A DNA stretch of 56,760 bases from Candidatus Micrarchaeota archaeon (GCA_964625085.1 CAZVAJ010000006.1:2812-59571), one strand, 5' to 3'. Shown: positions 18,028-26,566, numbered from the stretch's first letter. Numbers and translations are program-made. Notes: generated by a model not told the origin, from the letters alone.

Positions 18028-18082
18028 GGAAAAGAAAACGTTTAAAAACAACCCATCGCTTCTTATACCAAGGTGATGATGT

Positions 18083-18520
18083 ATGAAGGGTCAGGCTTTT
18101 AGTACTTTTCAGTTGATGATTGCGGCTGTGGTCGCGATAGCGATTCTTGGAATACTACTCGCGATAATAGGAGGAATATCTCCGCAGGTATCAAGTCCGA
18201 AGCACGCAATAGAAAACTCCTTGAGAGAAGCGTATTCTTCTCCTGGAATAATCAAGTCTTCTGCTCAGAAGGTGAGGTTCATTGAAGGAGATGCTTACCC
18301 TGGAAGCGCGTTCAGCGAATCTGTTGCAGGAGGGACACCTGTCCAGTTCGTCTGCAAGAGTGGAATAACAGGCTGCAATGCGGACGATCCTACAAAGCTG
18401 GTTGTTGATTCAACGTTCGATGCTAAAATATATGCTACGTGCGGGGACTCTCTTTGTTGTGTTGGTATAGGTACAAGCGACATTGACGCATCCGGCTCAG
18501 ATTGTAGCCATACTTCCTAA
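18083..18520 (+). CDS. prepilin-like protein (class-III signal peptide, KGQ type)
   Basis: The N-terminus is 'MKGQAFSTFQLMIAAVVAIAILGILLAII'. AGGTGA lies 6 nt upstream. Confidence 0.7.
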   Translation: MKGQAFSTFQLMIAAVVAIAILGILLAIIGGISPQVSSPKHAIENSLREAYSSPGIIKSSAQKVRFIEGDAYPGSAFSESVAGGTPVQFVCKSGITGCNADDPTKLVVDSTFDAKIYATCGDSLCCVGIGTSDIDASGSDCSHTS

Positions 18521-18539
18521 GTGCAGGAGGATAAATATT

Positions 18540-18683
18540 ATGAGGAAAGGACAGAACTGGACGCCGATTTACCTGGTGATAATAATAGCGATAGCAGTCA
18601 TACTCATCTTCACGATAATCAAGCCCATGTTCTCCCAGGCAGGGCAGTACGTGCAGCAGACCCTGCCCGCGCTCCTGCGCTGA
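18540..18683 (+). CDS. 47-aa mini-prepilin-like peptide
   Basis: 'MRKGQNWTPIYLVIIIAIAVILIFTIIKPMFSQAGQYVQQTLPALLR'. GGAGG lies 9 nt upstream of ATG 18540. The longest ORF (18483) overlaps the previous gene. Confidence 0.5.
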   Translation: MRKGQNWTPIYLVIIIAIAVILIFTIIKPMFSQAGQYVQQTLPALLR

Positions 18684-18720
18684 AAAAACCCTTTTATACT
18701 CTGCTAGTTTTACTCTAAGC

Positions 18721-19272
18721 ATGAGGCTCAGGGGACAGGAGGAAGCGCCGATAGAACTGCTCATAGGGGTTACTGTCCTAACGTTCGTGCTCATAATAGC
18801 ATACTACGTTTACGAGAACGCATCCTCCCAGCAGTGTGTTGAAAAAATAAAGGCCACTTCAGCAGAGCTGGCCAGCGTGATTTCCCAGGTGGCTCAAGGA
18901 GGTCCTGGCACCACAAGATACTTTTCAGCAGACTTCAGTTGCGAGGACACGAGCACCAGGATCTCTTACGTGATAATCGGAAAAGGAAACAAGCAAACCT
19001 GCAGGTCACTGTTCGGAAGACCAGACTGTTACATGCTGTACGTTTTCGGGAACGTGTCCGGAAACCTGCAGTTGGTGCACGCTGAAGTGCTGCAGAATGT
19101 TTTCAGCCCGCCCAAGATGGACGTGGGGGGCAGTACCCTGGAGCTAACATGCGATTACAACACCCTAATAAAAGGACAGTGTGGAAGGGATATGGAAATG
19201 CCTGCCAGGATTTACAGCATGAGGATTTCAAAACAGGCTGACGGAAGCGTGCTCATTTCAGGAGTTGATTAA
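18721..19272 (+). CDS. prepilin-like protein
   Basis: The N-terminus is 'MRLRGQEEAPIELLIGVTVLTFVLIIAYYV' (RGQ followed by a hydrophobic helix). Confidence 0.6.
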   Translation: MRLRGQEEAPIELLIGVTVLTFVLIIAYYVYENASSQQCVEKIKATSAELASVISQVAQGGPGTTRYFSADFSCEDTSTRISYVIIGKGNKQTCRSLFGRPDCYMLYVFGNVSGNLQLVHAEVLQNVFSPPKMDVGGSTLELTCDYNTLIKGQCGRDMEMPARIYSMRISKQADGSVLISGVD

Positions 19273-19274
19273 TC

Positions 19275-19784
19275 TTGAAAGGCCTTGCGATGTGGACTCT
19301 TTCAAAGATCGTGATGCTGGTGTTCCTTTTCACCATGATGACTTCGGTCCTGTACTACCAGCAGTGGATCAGCCAGCTTACCAGAGTAGAGCAGGCAAAG
19401 AGCATGACAAACCAGGTCAGGGAAGGGTTTAACCGGGCTCTCCTGCCAGAGTCTCTTGAGGCACGGATTCTGGTGCCCGTGTTCCAAGCTGCTTCAGGAG
19501 AACAATACACTATCAGAATAGAATCCAGCACGGTCAGCGGGCAAAAAGTGGTTTCAGTGCTGTTCGCTTACGGTGACCACGGCCAAGCGTTTAACGGCCC
19601 ATGGGATTCTGCAACTTCCTTGGCAGTAAGCAGTGATATCTCGCTTGACCCTGATCCTTTCACGATCAATTCTACTGCAAGGACAATAGAAATAAATAAA
19701 ACAGTAACACCTGCAGGCGTGCATGTGAGCCTGACAGGATGCAGGCTCATAACAAGCTCAGGAGCCTGCTTGCAAGCATCTTGA
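19275..19784 (+). CDS. prepilin-like / N-terminally anchored protein
   Basis: TTG start. The N-terminus is 'MKGLAMWTLSKIVMLVFLFTMMTSVLYY'. It follows the previous stop after 2 nt. Confidence 0.5.
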   Translation: MKGLAMWTLSKIVMLVFLFTMMTSVLYYQQWISQLTRVEQAKSMTNQVREGFNRALLPESLEARILVPVFQAASGEQYTIRIESSTVSGQKVVSVLFAYGDHGQAFNGPWDSATSLAVSSDISLDPDPFTINSTARTIEINKTVTPAGVHVSLTGCRLITSSGACLQAS

Positions 19785-19794
19785 GGGTGATGGG

Positions 19795-20223
19795 ATGAAG
19801 CGCAGGGGTTTTATAGGGCCGGTTGGAGATGATCTTCCGACAATCATAATAATAGTCATGGCGCTCACGCTGTTCTTCGCAGGGTTTGACTACGCGATGT
19901 CAGCATACAATGAGAAAAACAAGAGCCTTCACGCCCTAAAAGCAGGTCTGGACATAAGCAGGGCACTAATGAAGCAAAACGTGATCCCTGAAGATTCTTC
20001 TGGTCAAGTTAATCCGGACTATGAGGGGTACAAGCAAGCGGTGCTGCTTTCCCAGTCTTACGGCACTAGTTTTTCAGCAGTCTTAAAAGACGGTTCCTGC
20101 GAGCTGATTGACTGCAGGGCGCCAGAAGGCAGGAGCGTTTCAGTGTTCTCTTTTCTTACTGCTGCAAAAAGCAGCGGAGGAAGCATAAACTTGAAGACCT
20201 TGTGCGTTTGCGTTTGGGAGTGA
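19795..20223 (+). CDS. prepilin-like protein
   Basis: The N-terminus is 'MKRRGFIGPVGDDLPTIIIIVMALTLFFAGF'. GAGGGTGA lies upstream. Confidence 0.55.
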   Translation: MKRRGFIGPVGDDLPTIIIIVMALTLFFAGFDYAMSAYNEKNKSLHALKAGLDISRALMKQNVIPEDSSGQVNPDYEGYKQAVLLSQSYGTSFSAVLKDGSCELIDCRAPEGRSVSVFSFLTAAKSSGGSINLKTLCVCVWE

Positions 20224-20228
20224 TTCAT

Positions 20229-20717
20229 GTGAAAAAAGGTCAGGCTGCTGTCATGGACGGGCTTATTCTGGTGCTTGTGATTTCAGGAGCAGTCACTATG
20301 CTCGTCCTTGTTTCAGGAATGTACGCTGCAAGCACAAGGAACCAGGTGCTTGGGTCTTACTCGTACGAGTACGCTGGTAACGCTCTTGTGGCCCTGCACT
20401 ATGCCAGAGACAGTGACGGAAACTGGTTCTGGCTGCAGCTTGAAGAAAAAAGAGAGTCCTCTGACCCTAGCGGGGACACAGAAGATTATCTGAAAGCCAA
20501 TCTTGATTTAATTGAAAAGATCAGTGCAAGCTCGCCTGCTGGCACGAATCTGTTGTGCTTTTCCAGCTCAGGCTCGTTTTCAGACTGCTATAACCTGAAC
20601 AATAACGGAGAAAGTTTAAGCCCGTTGCCTGATCCTGTGTGCGGTCCAGGATCTAACGCTTACTCTTACACCAGTTTTATTGGCGATGAAAAAATTTCAT
20701 TTATCCTGTGCTACTAG
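20229..20717 (+). CDS. prepilin-like protein (KGQ type)
   Basis: Starting at GTG 20229 the N-terminus is '(M)KKGQAAVMDGLILVLVISGAVTMLVLV'. The longest ORF (20202) overlaps the previous gene. Confidence 0.6.
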   Translation: MKKGQAAVMDGLILVLVISGAVTMLVLVSGMYAASTRNQVLGSYSYEYAGNALVALHYARDSDGNWFWLQLEEKRESSDPSGDTEDYLKANLDLIEKISASSPAGTNLLCFSSSGSFSDCYNLNNNGESLSPLPDPVCGPGSNAYSYTSFIGDEKISFILCY

Positions 20718-23700
20718 CCTTGCTTTCTTTTTCTCGCGAGCTCTCTTGCTATCGCAAGGCTCGCGATTATCATCAGCACGAACACTATTCCCGCATTGCC
20801 TTCTGGAACTGACGGCAGCGAGAGCAGAGGATTCTGCTGAGTAGTAACAGGGCCCTTGGGCGGATTGACATCAGGCGCGCCCCACGGTGGCTTTGACGGG
20901 GTCATGAGCCCAAGCCCATTAGCGCCAAGTGTAGTGAACTGGGGGTTAAGCGGGAAATAGAACTCGTTGGTCATGCCTATCTTTCCATTGCTTGAAGTGT
21001 ACCCTCCGTTAGGCCCGTTCATCCACATCATGGGAACGCTTCCGTGGCCTATGACATTCCCGTTCCCGTCTGTTATCACGAGCCTGGGTACTCCGTCAGG
21101 CCCTGCTTCTATTGTGGCAAAGTACGTTTTCCCGTCCTCTCCTGTTAGCTGGTACCCTGGCTTGTCGGAGTAAGGCGATTCTTCGCTAGTGACCCACTTT
21201 TCTACTGTGTACGTTTGGGTTACTGGATTACCATCGTCTCCGGTGTAAGTGAAAGTGAACACGTTGTTCCCGTTTTCGTCTTTGTGGAAGTCAGCGACCT
21301 CGTTGTCTGTGCCGCCGAACGTGGGCATGCACATTGTTTCTTCCTTTGTTTTCCACTGCGTCATGATATCCTCATCAGCGCTTTCTTTGAACTTCCACAC
21401 AAGCTTCCAGCCAGGAGTTCCGTCAGGCATCGTGCAGTTCTCTGTATCAAAGTAGCCTGCGGCATCGTCAAACATTGTCAGGTCAGAGCTGAGGTCTTGT
21501 TCTAATCCTGAAAGCACTCCGCTCAGGTACACGTGGTACACGCCTGAAAAGTCTGTTTTTTCGTCCTGTTTGAACCCTGGCCTGATCATGCCGCTGGAGA
21601 ACACTATGCTTCCTTCTGCGCCCAAGCTTGTTTTGCAGACTGTCTTGCCTTCTGACACCACTTCTATAGTGCCCATGCTGTCTCTCTTGAACTTTATGTG
21701 CGAGTTCGGATAGTGCATGGTTCCTCCGAACGTTGCGCCTTCACAGTCCGGGATTCCAGCATAGAAAGTGGCAATAGTCTCGTTAGTTCCGGGCTTGAAC
21801 CAGAGGATCGTGTCCTTTGCGTTCACTACCTGAAGGTTTCCGAACGCGCTTGCTATGATCATGTCCTTGTACTCCTGGCTGAGGTGCTCGTTGTCCAGTG
21901 CCAGGATATCTTTTGACTCCAGCGCGCTCCTGAAGCAGTCATTGTAAACATGCACTTCCCCTCTCGGGTTGATGTCCAGGAGCAGCGGGTCTTCATCGTT
22001 CTTTCTCACTTCAATGACCTTGCTCACAAGGTACGCGTACCCTTTGTCCATGTCGACCCCTAGGCTTAATAGCTGTGGCGCTGGGCCTTCTAGCACGGGC
22101 TTGCCGTCAGGCCCAAGGAAGTAGTACCCGCTCTCCTGAGAGCACTTGAAGTTTCCGTTAGGATCTTCGTAGCACAGGCTTATCGGACAGTCTTTTGGTA
22201 TGAACCACCTGACGTTCCCTCCATGCATGTACACATCATAAATCCTGTCCGCAAGAATGCTTGCCCTGCCCACATTACCCTCTGTCGGAATTGCCTGGCC
22301 GACAAGATGCATTCTTTGAACCTGGTATCCTGCGTAGTTCTCCCAGTCAGAGATCATTTTTCCTGCTTCAGGAGACATGCCTTGTATCAGTGACTTAACC
22401 TGAGAGATCCCCTGGTTTACAGGGTTCTCTGATTCTGCTGCCTGCTGCAGGTCCTGTGCTGTCGGAATCTTTTGTATTGCAGCAAGCTCTGCGTTCGGCT
22501 CATAGCAGTCCATCAGCTTTTCTATTGCTTCTTTTTGAACGTCTATTGCTTTCATTTCAGCGTACATTGACGCGAAATCAAGCGCTATCTCGCCTATAAC
22601 TGCCGGAGGGAATACCTCAGAAGCTGCTTGGAACCCTCTTGCCCCTATCATCAGCCAGAGCGCTCCTGTCTTTGCAGCGCCAATTTCCCCAGCGCCAGCC
22701 ACATCACCCACTATTGGAGTAAATTCTTTTTCTGATTCTACTCTGTTTTCCCAGCCTGCTCCAGCATACTTCTTCGCTACTTCGGTGCAGAGTTTTGCTT
22801 TGTTCTCGTACGCTATTTTCGGGTCTATTAGCACTCCCTCTGTCAGCGCGTCCCAGGAATCAGAGCCAGCACTTACAAATTGCCCGCTTCCTACTTGTGC
22901 AAACCACCAGATGGTAACTGCGGTTCCTGTAAAGGAAAGAGCACCTGTGGGGAATATTGTCCGCGGGACTCCGACTATCCAAGCATAGTTTAGGGCCATG
23001 GCGCCTATTGCTCTTGTGGCTCCTGCAGTCATTTTCAATGTCTGCTTGAACGCGTTATTGTCTTTTTCAAAGATCCCTCCTTGAGTTAGCACGTTATGAG
23101 AGTAAAGCCAGATAGAGGTGTAGCCAGGCATTACTCTCTGTGCATCTGGATCTTCCCATGCAAGATAGCCTACTGAGCCAGGGTGCACTGAGTAGAAGTA
23201 GAACGCTTCTCCAAACGGTTTGATGATGTTGGTTGGTTTTCCTCCTCCTGCAGTGTCAAAGTTCACCTGGTCCACGATGTACACGTGTTTCCCAAGATGC
23301 CTTGCTTTTTGAGTGAGCCTGTTCGGGAGCCCGTAAGTGTTTGGGTCGACTCTCGTAGTGAGAAAACCGAAAGCAACGCTCATTGCAGTATTCTGTTCAG
23401 GCTTTCTAGGGGTGTAAACGCTGTTGGCTTCTATTTCAGTACCAACATAACAGTTTGTATCTTCTCCCCTGACTTTTTTGAGCTTGTTGCACTCTTCTTT
23501 TGAAATGTCATAGTCTACTGCATCAATCCTGAAGTATGGGTCAATCAAGTACTCATTATACCCAGAGGTTGCTACGTAGGAGATGAGCAGGCTCGCCATT
23601 GCCAGCCTCAATGCCCTTCCTTTCAGTCCAGCAATCCGCGCGCCAAGCCGTATAGCAGAGGATATCTTTTTAATCCTTTCCCCTTCTTCTATCCCCTCTA

Positions 23701-25201
23701 AACCAAGTTTGTATGCTTCGCTTCCCTTGCCCCATTCCATAACTTTATAAGATGCTGCCCGCAGTTCTTGCAGTTTTTCTATTTTCTTTTGGTTTTCTAG
23801 AAGTTCTGTGCTATATTTTACTATTGCGTCAGCATTATCTGTTTTCTCAGCAGCGTACAATCCCTCTCTAAGTATCTTCTGTTCTTTCTTAAGTTTACTG
23901 ATTTCTTTTGGTAAATCATCCACGTTTTTGGCAGCCTGTTCAATCGCGTCTGCGCCAACAAGTTGCCTCCGGCCCCATCCTTTTATACTCTGCCAGCGTC
24001 TTCCCCACCAGCCAATTTGTTCCGCTGCTTCGGAAGCTTGCCTTCCTCCTGTTTCTGCATCCTGGATTATTTTTGAAATGTCTTTTATCGTGTCATCAGT
24101 CAGAGATTGCTGAAAGTTCTTATTTCTCAGACTATTCTTTATTCCTTCTTTTACTCTTGTTGTCCACTTGGTTCCCTCTTTGACCCCTTCTTCCCCAATC
24201 TCCTTAGTTCCCTGCTGTCCTATGTCTGATGCACCGCTTTTTTTGAAAGAGGCCAGTAAGGACGCGCTAGCCACGATCAAGTACCAGTCATCAAAGCTTC
24301 TCCATAACTGCATCCATTTTATGAACTTTGAGTATGTTTCTGGTATCAGATACATTTCAGCCTGCGAGACAGGAGCTAAAGAAAGGTACAAGTAGTCTGA
24401 AGTTACCTTGTTGTAAGGGATCTGCAGGGATTTCATCAGCTTGCTTATCTTGTCTGACTGTTCCACGCCCACTGCTTGAAGCATCTGGACCTTTTCAGTT
24501 TCAGTGTAATCAGAAGGGTCAAACGAGTCAGGATCGATCTCTCCAACCACTGACTCAATTCCTTGCCTTATCTTGGGATTGCCTTTTATTATTCTTCTCA
24601 CGCTTGTTTTGTTTTTCATAAGGGCATCCTTAAACTCTACGAGCGCGTTGTTCTGTTCTCTTAAGCTTTCTGCACCTTTGCTGCTTTCCCAGCCTGAATT
24701 GCACGTGTCCTCGTCTCCACAGAACGCTGTTTCCCCTGTCCTAATAGCGTACGACATCTTTCCGTCGTACACCAGGTTCGTGAGGTGACATGCTTCTGCA
24801 GGAGAGGCCACCTGATGCCTCTGGACATCGTACAAGAGTATCTTCCCGTTCGGGCCCATCACAAAATTGTTTTTGGCGAAAGCAGTGCCAGGGACTTCTG
24901 ACTGTTCTTGCTCATCATACGCTGCTTCCTGCGCTCCTTTAGCATAGTCTCCGTACGCGTCTATCTGAGGCAGGTTGTTTATCACGTGTCGTCTTAGAGC
25001 GCGATAGTCAGAATAGTTGAACTTGTCTATTCCCACTTCTCCAGCGCACTTATCCTCGTCTGTTGTTTCTTTTGCAGGCTTGTTTTCTTTTGGTTCCCAG
25101 AAAGTGGATGCTTTCATCGCAGATTTTTCAGGCTGTGCGTACGTGAACGGAGAAAACAATGAAACAGTGATTATCACGGCAAGCAATATTTCTGACTTCA
25201 T
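20714..25201 (-). CDS. large (1495 aa) surface protein with Sec-type signal peptide and sortase-type C-terminal sorting signal
   Basis: The N-terminus is 'MKSEILLAVIITVSLFSPFTYAQ'. There are internal hydrophobic segments and a ~230-aa K/E-rich predicted coiled-coil stretch. The C-terminus is 'VPEGNAGIVFVLMIIASLAIARELARKRKQG'. No recognisable catalytic motifs. Confidence 0.85.
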   Translation of the reverse strand: MKSEILLAVIITVSLFSPFTYAQPEKSAMKASTFWEPKENKPAKETTDEDKCAGEVGIDKFNYSDYRALRRHVINNLPQIDAYGDYAKGAQEAAYDEQEQSEVPGTAFAKNNFVMGPNGKILLYDVQRHQVASPAEACHLTNLVYDGKMSYAIRTGETAFCGDEDTCNSGWESSKGAESLREQNNALVEFKDALMKNKTSVRRIIKGNPKIRQGIESVVGEIDPDSFDPSDYTETEKVQMLQAVGVEQSDKISKLMKSLQIPYNKVTSDYLYLSLAPVSQAEMYLIPETYSKFIKWMQLWRSFDDWYLIVASASLLASFKKSGASDIGQQGTKEIGEEGVKEGTKWTTRVKEGIKNSLRNKNFQQSLTDDTIKDISKIIQDAETGGRQASEAAEQIGWWGRRWQSIKGWGRRQLVGADAIEQAAKNVDDLPKEISKLKKEQKILREGLYAAEKTDNADAIVKYSTELLENQKKIEKLQELRAASYKVMEWGKGSEAYKLGLEGIEEGERIKKISSAIRLGARIAGLKGRALRLAMASLLISYVATSGYNEYLIDPYFRIDAVDYDISKEECNKLKKVRGEDTNCYVGTEIEANSVYTPRKPEQNTAMSVAFGFLTTRVDPNTYGLPNRLTQKARHLGKHVYIVDQVNFDTAGGGKPTNIIKPFGEAFYFYSVHPGSVGYLAWEDPDAQRVMPGYTSIWLYSHNVLTQGGIFEKDNNAFKQTLKMTAGATRAIGAMALNYAWIVGVPRTIFPTGALSFTGTAVTIWWFAQVGSGQFVSAGSDSWDALTEGVLIDPKIAYENKAKLCTEVAKKYAGAGWENRVESEKEFTPIVGDVAGAGEIGAAKTGALWLMIGARGFQAASEVFPPAVIGEIALDFASMYAEMKAIDVQKEAIEKLMDCYEPNAELAAIQKIPTAQDLQQAAESENPVNQGISQVKSLIQGMSPEAGKMISDWENYAGYQVQRMHLVGQAIPTEGNVGRASILADRIYDVYMHGGNVRWFIPKDCPISLCYEDPNGNFKCSQESGYYFLGPDGKPVLEGPAPQLLSLGVDMDKGYAYLVSKVIEVRKNDEDPLLLDINPRGEVHVYNDCFRSALESKDILALDNEHLSQEYKDMIIASAFGNLQVVNAKDTILWFKPGTNETIATFYAGIPDCEGATFGGTMHYPNSHIKFKRDSMGTIEVVSEGKTVCKTSLGAEGSIVFSSGMIRPGFKQDEKTDFSGVYHVYLSGVLSGLEQDLSSDLTMFDDAAGYFDTENCTMPDGTPGWKLVWKFKESADEDIMTQWKTKEETMCMPTFGGTDNEVADFHKDENGNNVFTFTYTGDDGNPVTQTYTVEKWVTSEESPYSDKPGYQLTGEDGKTYFATIEAGPDGVPRLVITDGNGNVIGHGSVPMMWMNGPNGGYTSSNGKIGMTNEFYFPLNPQFTTLGANGLGLMTPSKPPWGAPDVNPPKGPVTTQQNPLLSLPSVPEGNAGIVFVLMIIASLAIARELARKRKQG
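20717..20809 (-). other. putative archaeosortase recognition signal (VPEG motif + TM helix + basic cluster)
   Basis: The last 31 aa are 'VPEG-NAGIVFVLMIIASLAIA-RELARKRKQG'. This is the tripartite layout of PEP-CTERM/PGF-CTERM-type signals. Confidence 0.5.
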
Positions 25202-26022
25202 CTTCTGCGCCTCCTGTGTTTTATGAAAGCAGCAAGGACCACAACTATGGCTGCCAGTACTATCAGGACAGGAGCCAGCTGTTCTAGCAGAAGCCCTGCT
25301 TTCTCTTCAAAGCCTATTTCGCGGTACTCTTTTATCAGTCCGGTGTAGAACACGAGGTCTGCCTTCTTTTCGACCATTGCGTCTATCAAGAACTTTTGGC
25401 CTGTTTTCGGGCCACAGACCATTTCAGTAAATCCTTCTTCAGTGCTCACGTTGCAGTTTTCAGGGTTGTATATCTCGTCAGGAAGTGCTACCGGGTCTAT
25501 GACAAGCCTCAGGTTTAGATCATAGGGGTATTCAACGGTTTTGTTGATAGTGCTTATGTTTGCTTGTCCTTTTTTGATCACGTCCGCGGTAAAGGTTATG
25601 TTCCCAGCTTCCTTCAGGTTCGCGCTTGAGACACATATGCTTAGCATGTACTTGCACTCATGGCAGCTTTCATCTTCTTCAGGGCAGTTGACCTGGCACT
25701 GGAAAGTGGAAAAGCAGTGGATGGGGGTCACGAACTCTACTGGAACATCCAGGACCATGAAAGGCCTCCAGCACGCGTACCCTCCTTCTACTGGATCGCA
25801 TGATGCGTTCAGTGCTTCCTGGTCTACTGGGCAGGAAAACTTTCCATCAGGGCCCTGGGTGCAGTTCTCAAACTTCTGAGGCAGCTGATAGCAGTACTGC
25901 TTTCCGTCTATGGTCCTGCAGTATTCTGCCCCGTGCGCAAGAGGCAGGGATAATGCAGCAAGCGCTAGCGAGAATGCCAGCATGCTCCAAACAATCCTTC
26001 CTGCGTTCATTTTCACTACCAT
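25198..26022 (-). CDS. Cys-rich secreted protein with C-terminal TM anchor and poly-Arg tail
   Basis: Signal peptide 'WSMLAFSLALAALSLPLAHG/AEYC'. About 17 Cys and six N-x-S/T sequons. The C-terminus is 'APVLIVLAAIVVVLAAFIKHRRRRR'. ATGA overlap with the 1495-aa gene. Confidence 0.7.
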   Translation of the reverse strand: MVVKMNAGRIVWSMLAFSLALAALSLPLAHGAEYCRTIDGKQYCYQLPQKFENCTQGPDGKFSCPVDQEALNASCDPVEGGYACWRPFMVLDVPVEFVTPIHCFSTFQCQVNCPEEDESCHECKYMLSICVSSANLKEAGNITFTADVIKKGQANISTINKTVEYPYDLNLRLVIDPVALPDEIYNPENCNVSTEEGFTEMVCGPKTGQKFLIDAMVEKKADLVFYTGLIKEYREIGFEEKAGLLLEQLAPVLIVLAAIVVVLAAFIKHRRRRR

Positions 26023-26552
26023 CCTGCATAAACGCCTGAATTAGGCACATATGGGTTATAATAGTATACTTCAAAGTATAAAGAGTTAACCAGTATCCAT
26101 GCTGCCAACAGTGACAGTAGCAGGCCAGAGAGAAGGAATATCACGAGCAGGCTCATGATTGGTTCAGGCAGTTTCATTCTTCTGTTTAGCCAGCTTGTTA
26201 GTTTATCTCCTATGAACCTGCCCAATAACCCTAGTACCAGGAAAATCCCGAAAAGAGGCATGCTGAAGCTGATCTTTCCAGTTCCGAGCAGGTACCATAT
26301 GCTTAGAACAGTGTACAGCAGTACTGCAGAGCACACAGGCTCTAAGATACTGCTGCTGACTTTTGTTTTTAATTCTGTTACTTTTATGGCCTTTTTTATG
26401 AGGGTTGAAGAGGCCCATGCAAGGACCGTGACGAGCGTGATCCCTAGCAGCAGGTCAAGAACGCTTCCGTACGCCAGGGTGTTCACAACAGTGTAAAGAA
26501 TTGTTCCAAGAGGATCCCTGGCCAGCGTGAAAAGGTAATCCATATAAATCAA
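26016..26552 (-). CDS. polytopic membrane protein, unknown function
   Basis: 178-aa ORF (TTG start; first ATG at 26543) with 4-5 hydrophobic helices. It is the first gene of the operon that continues into the Cys-rich and 1495-aa genes. Confidence 0.6.
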   Translation of the reverse strand: MIYMDYLFTLARDPLGTILYTVVNTLAYGSVLDLLLGITLVTVLAWASSTLIKKAIKVTELKTKVSSSILEPVCSAVLLYTVLSIWYLLGTGKISFSMPLFGIFLVLGLLGRFIGDKLTSWLNRRMKLPEPIMSLLVIFLLSGLLLSLLAAWILVNSLYFEVYYYNPYVPNSGVYAGW

Positions 26553-26566
26553 GCATGAGTTTATTG

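Noticed and set aside
26016-26552. The 178-aa polytopic protein as the missing prepilin peptidase (A24 / PibD-FlaK-EppA type).
   Set aside because: There is only a weak 'IGDKL' resemblance to the second Asp motif and no convincing first Asp motif. The protein is shorter than known archaeal enzymes and sits in a non-pilin operon.
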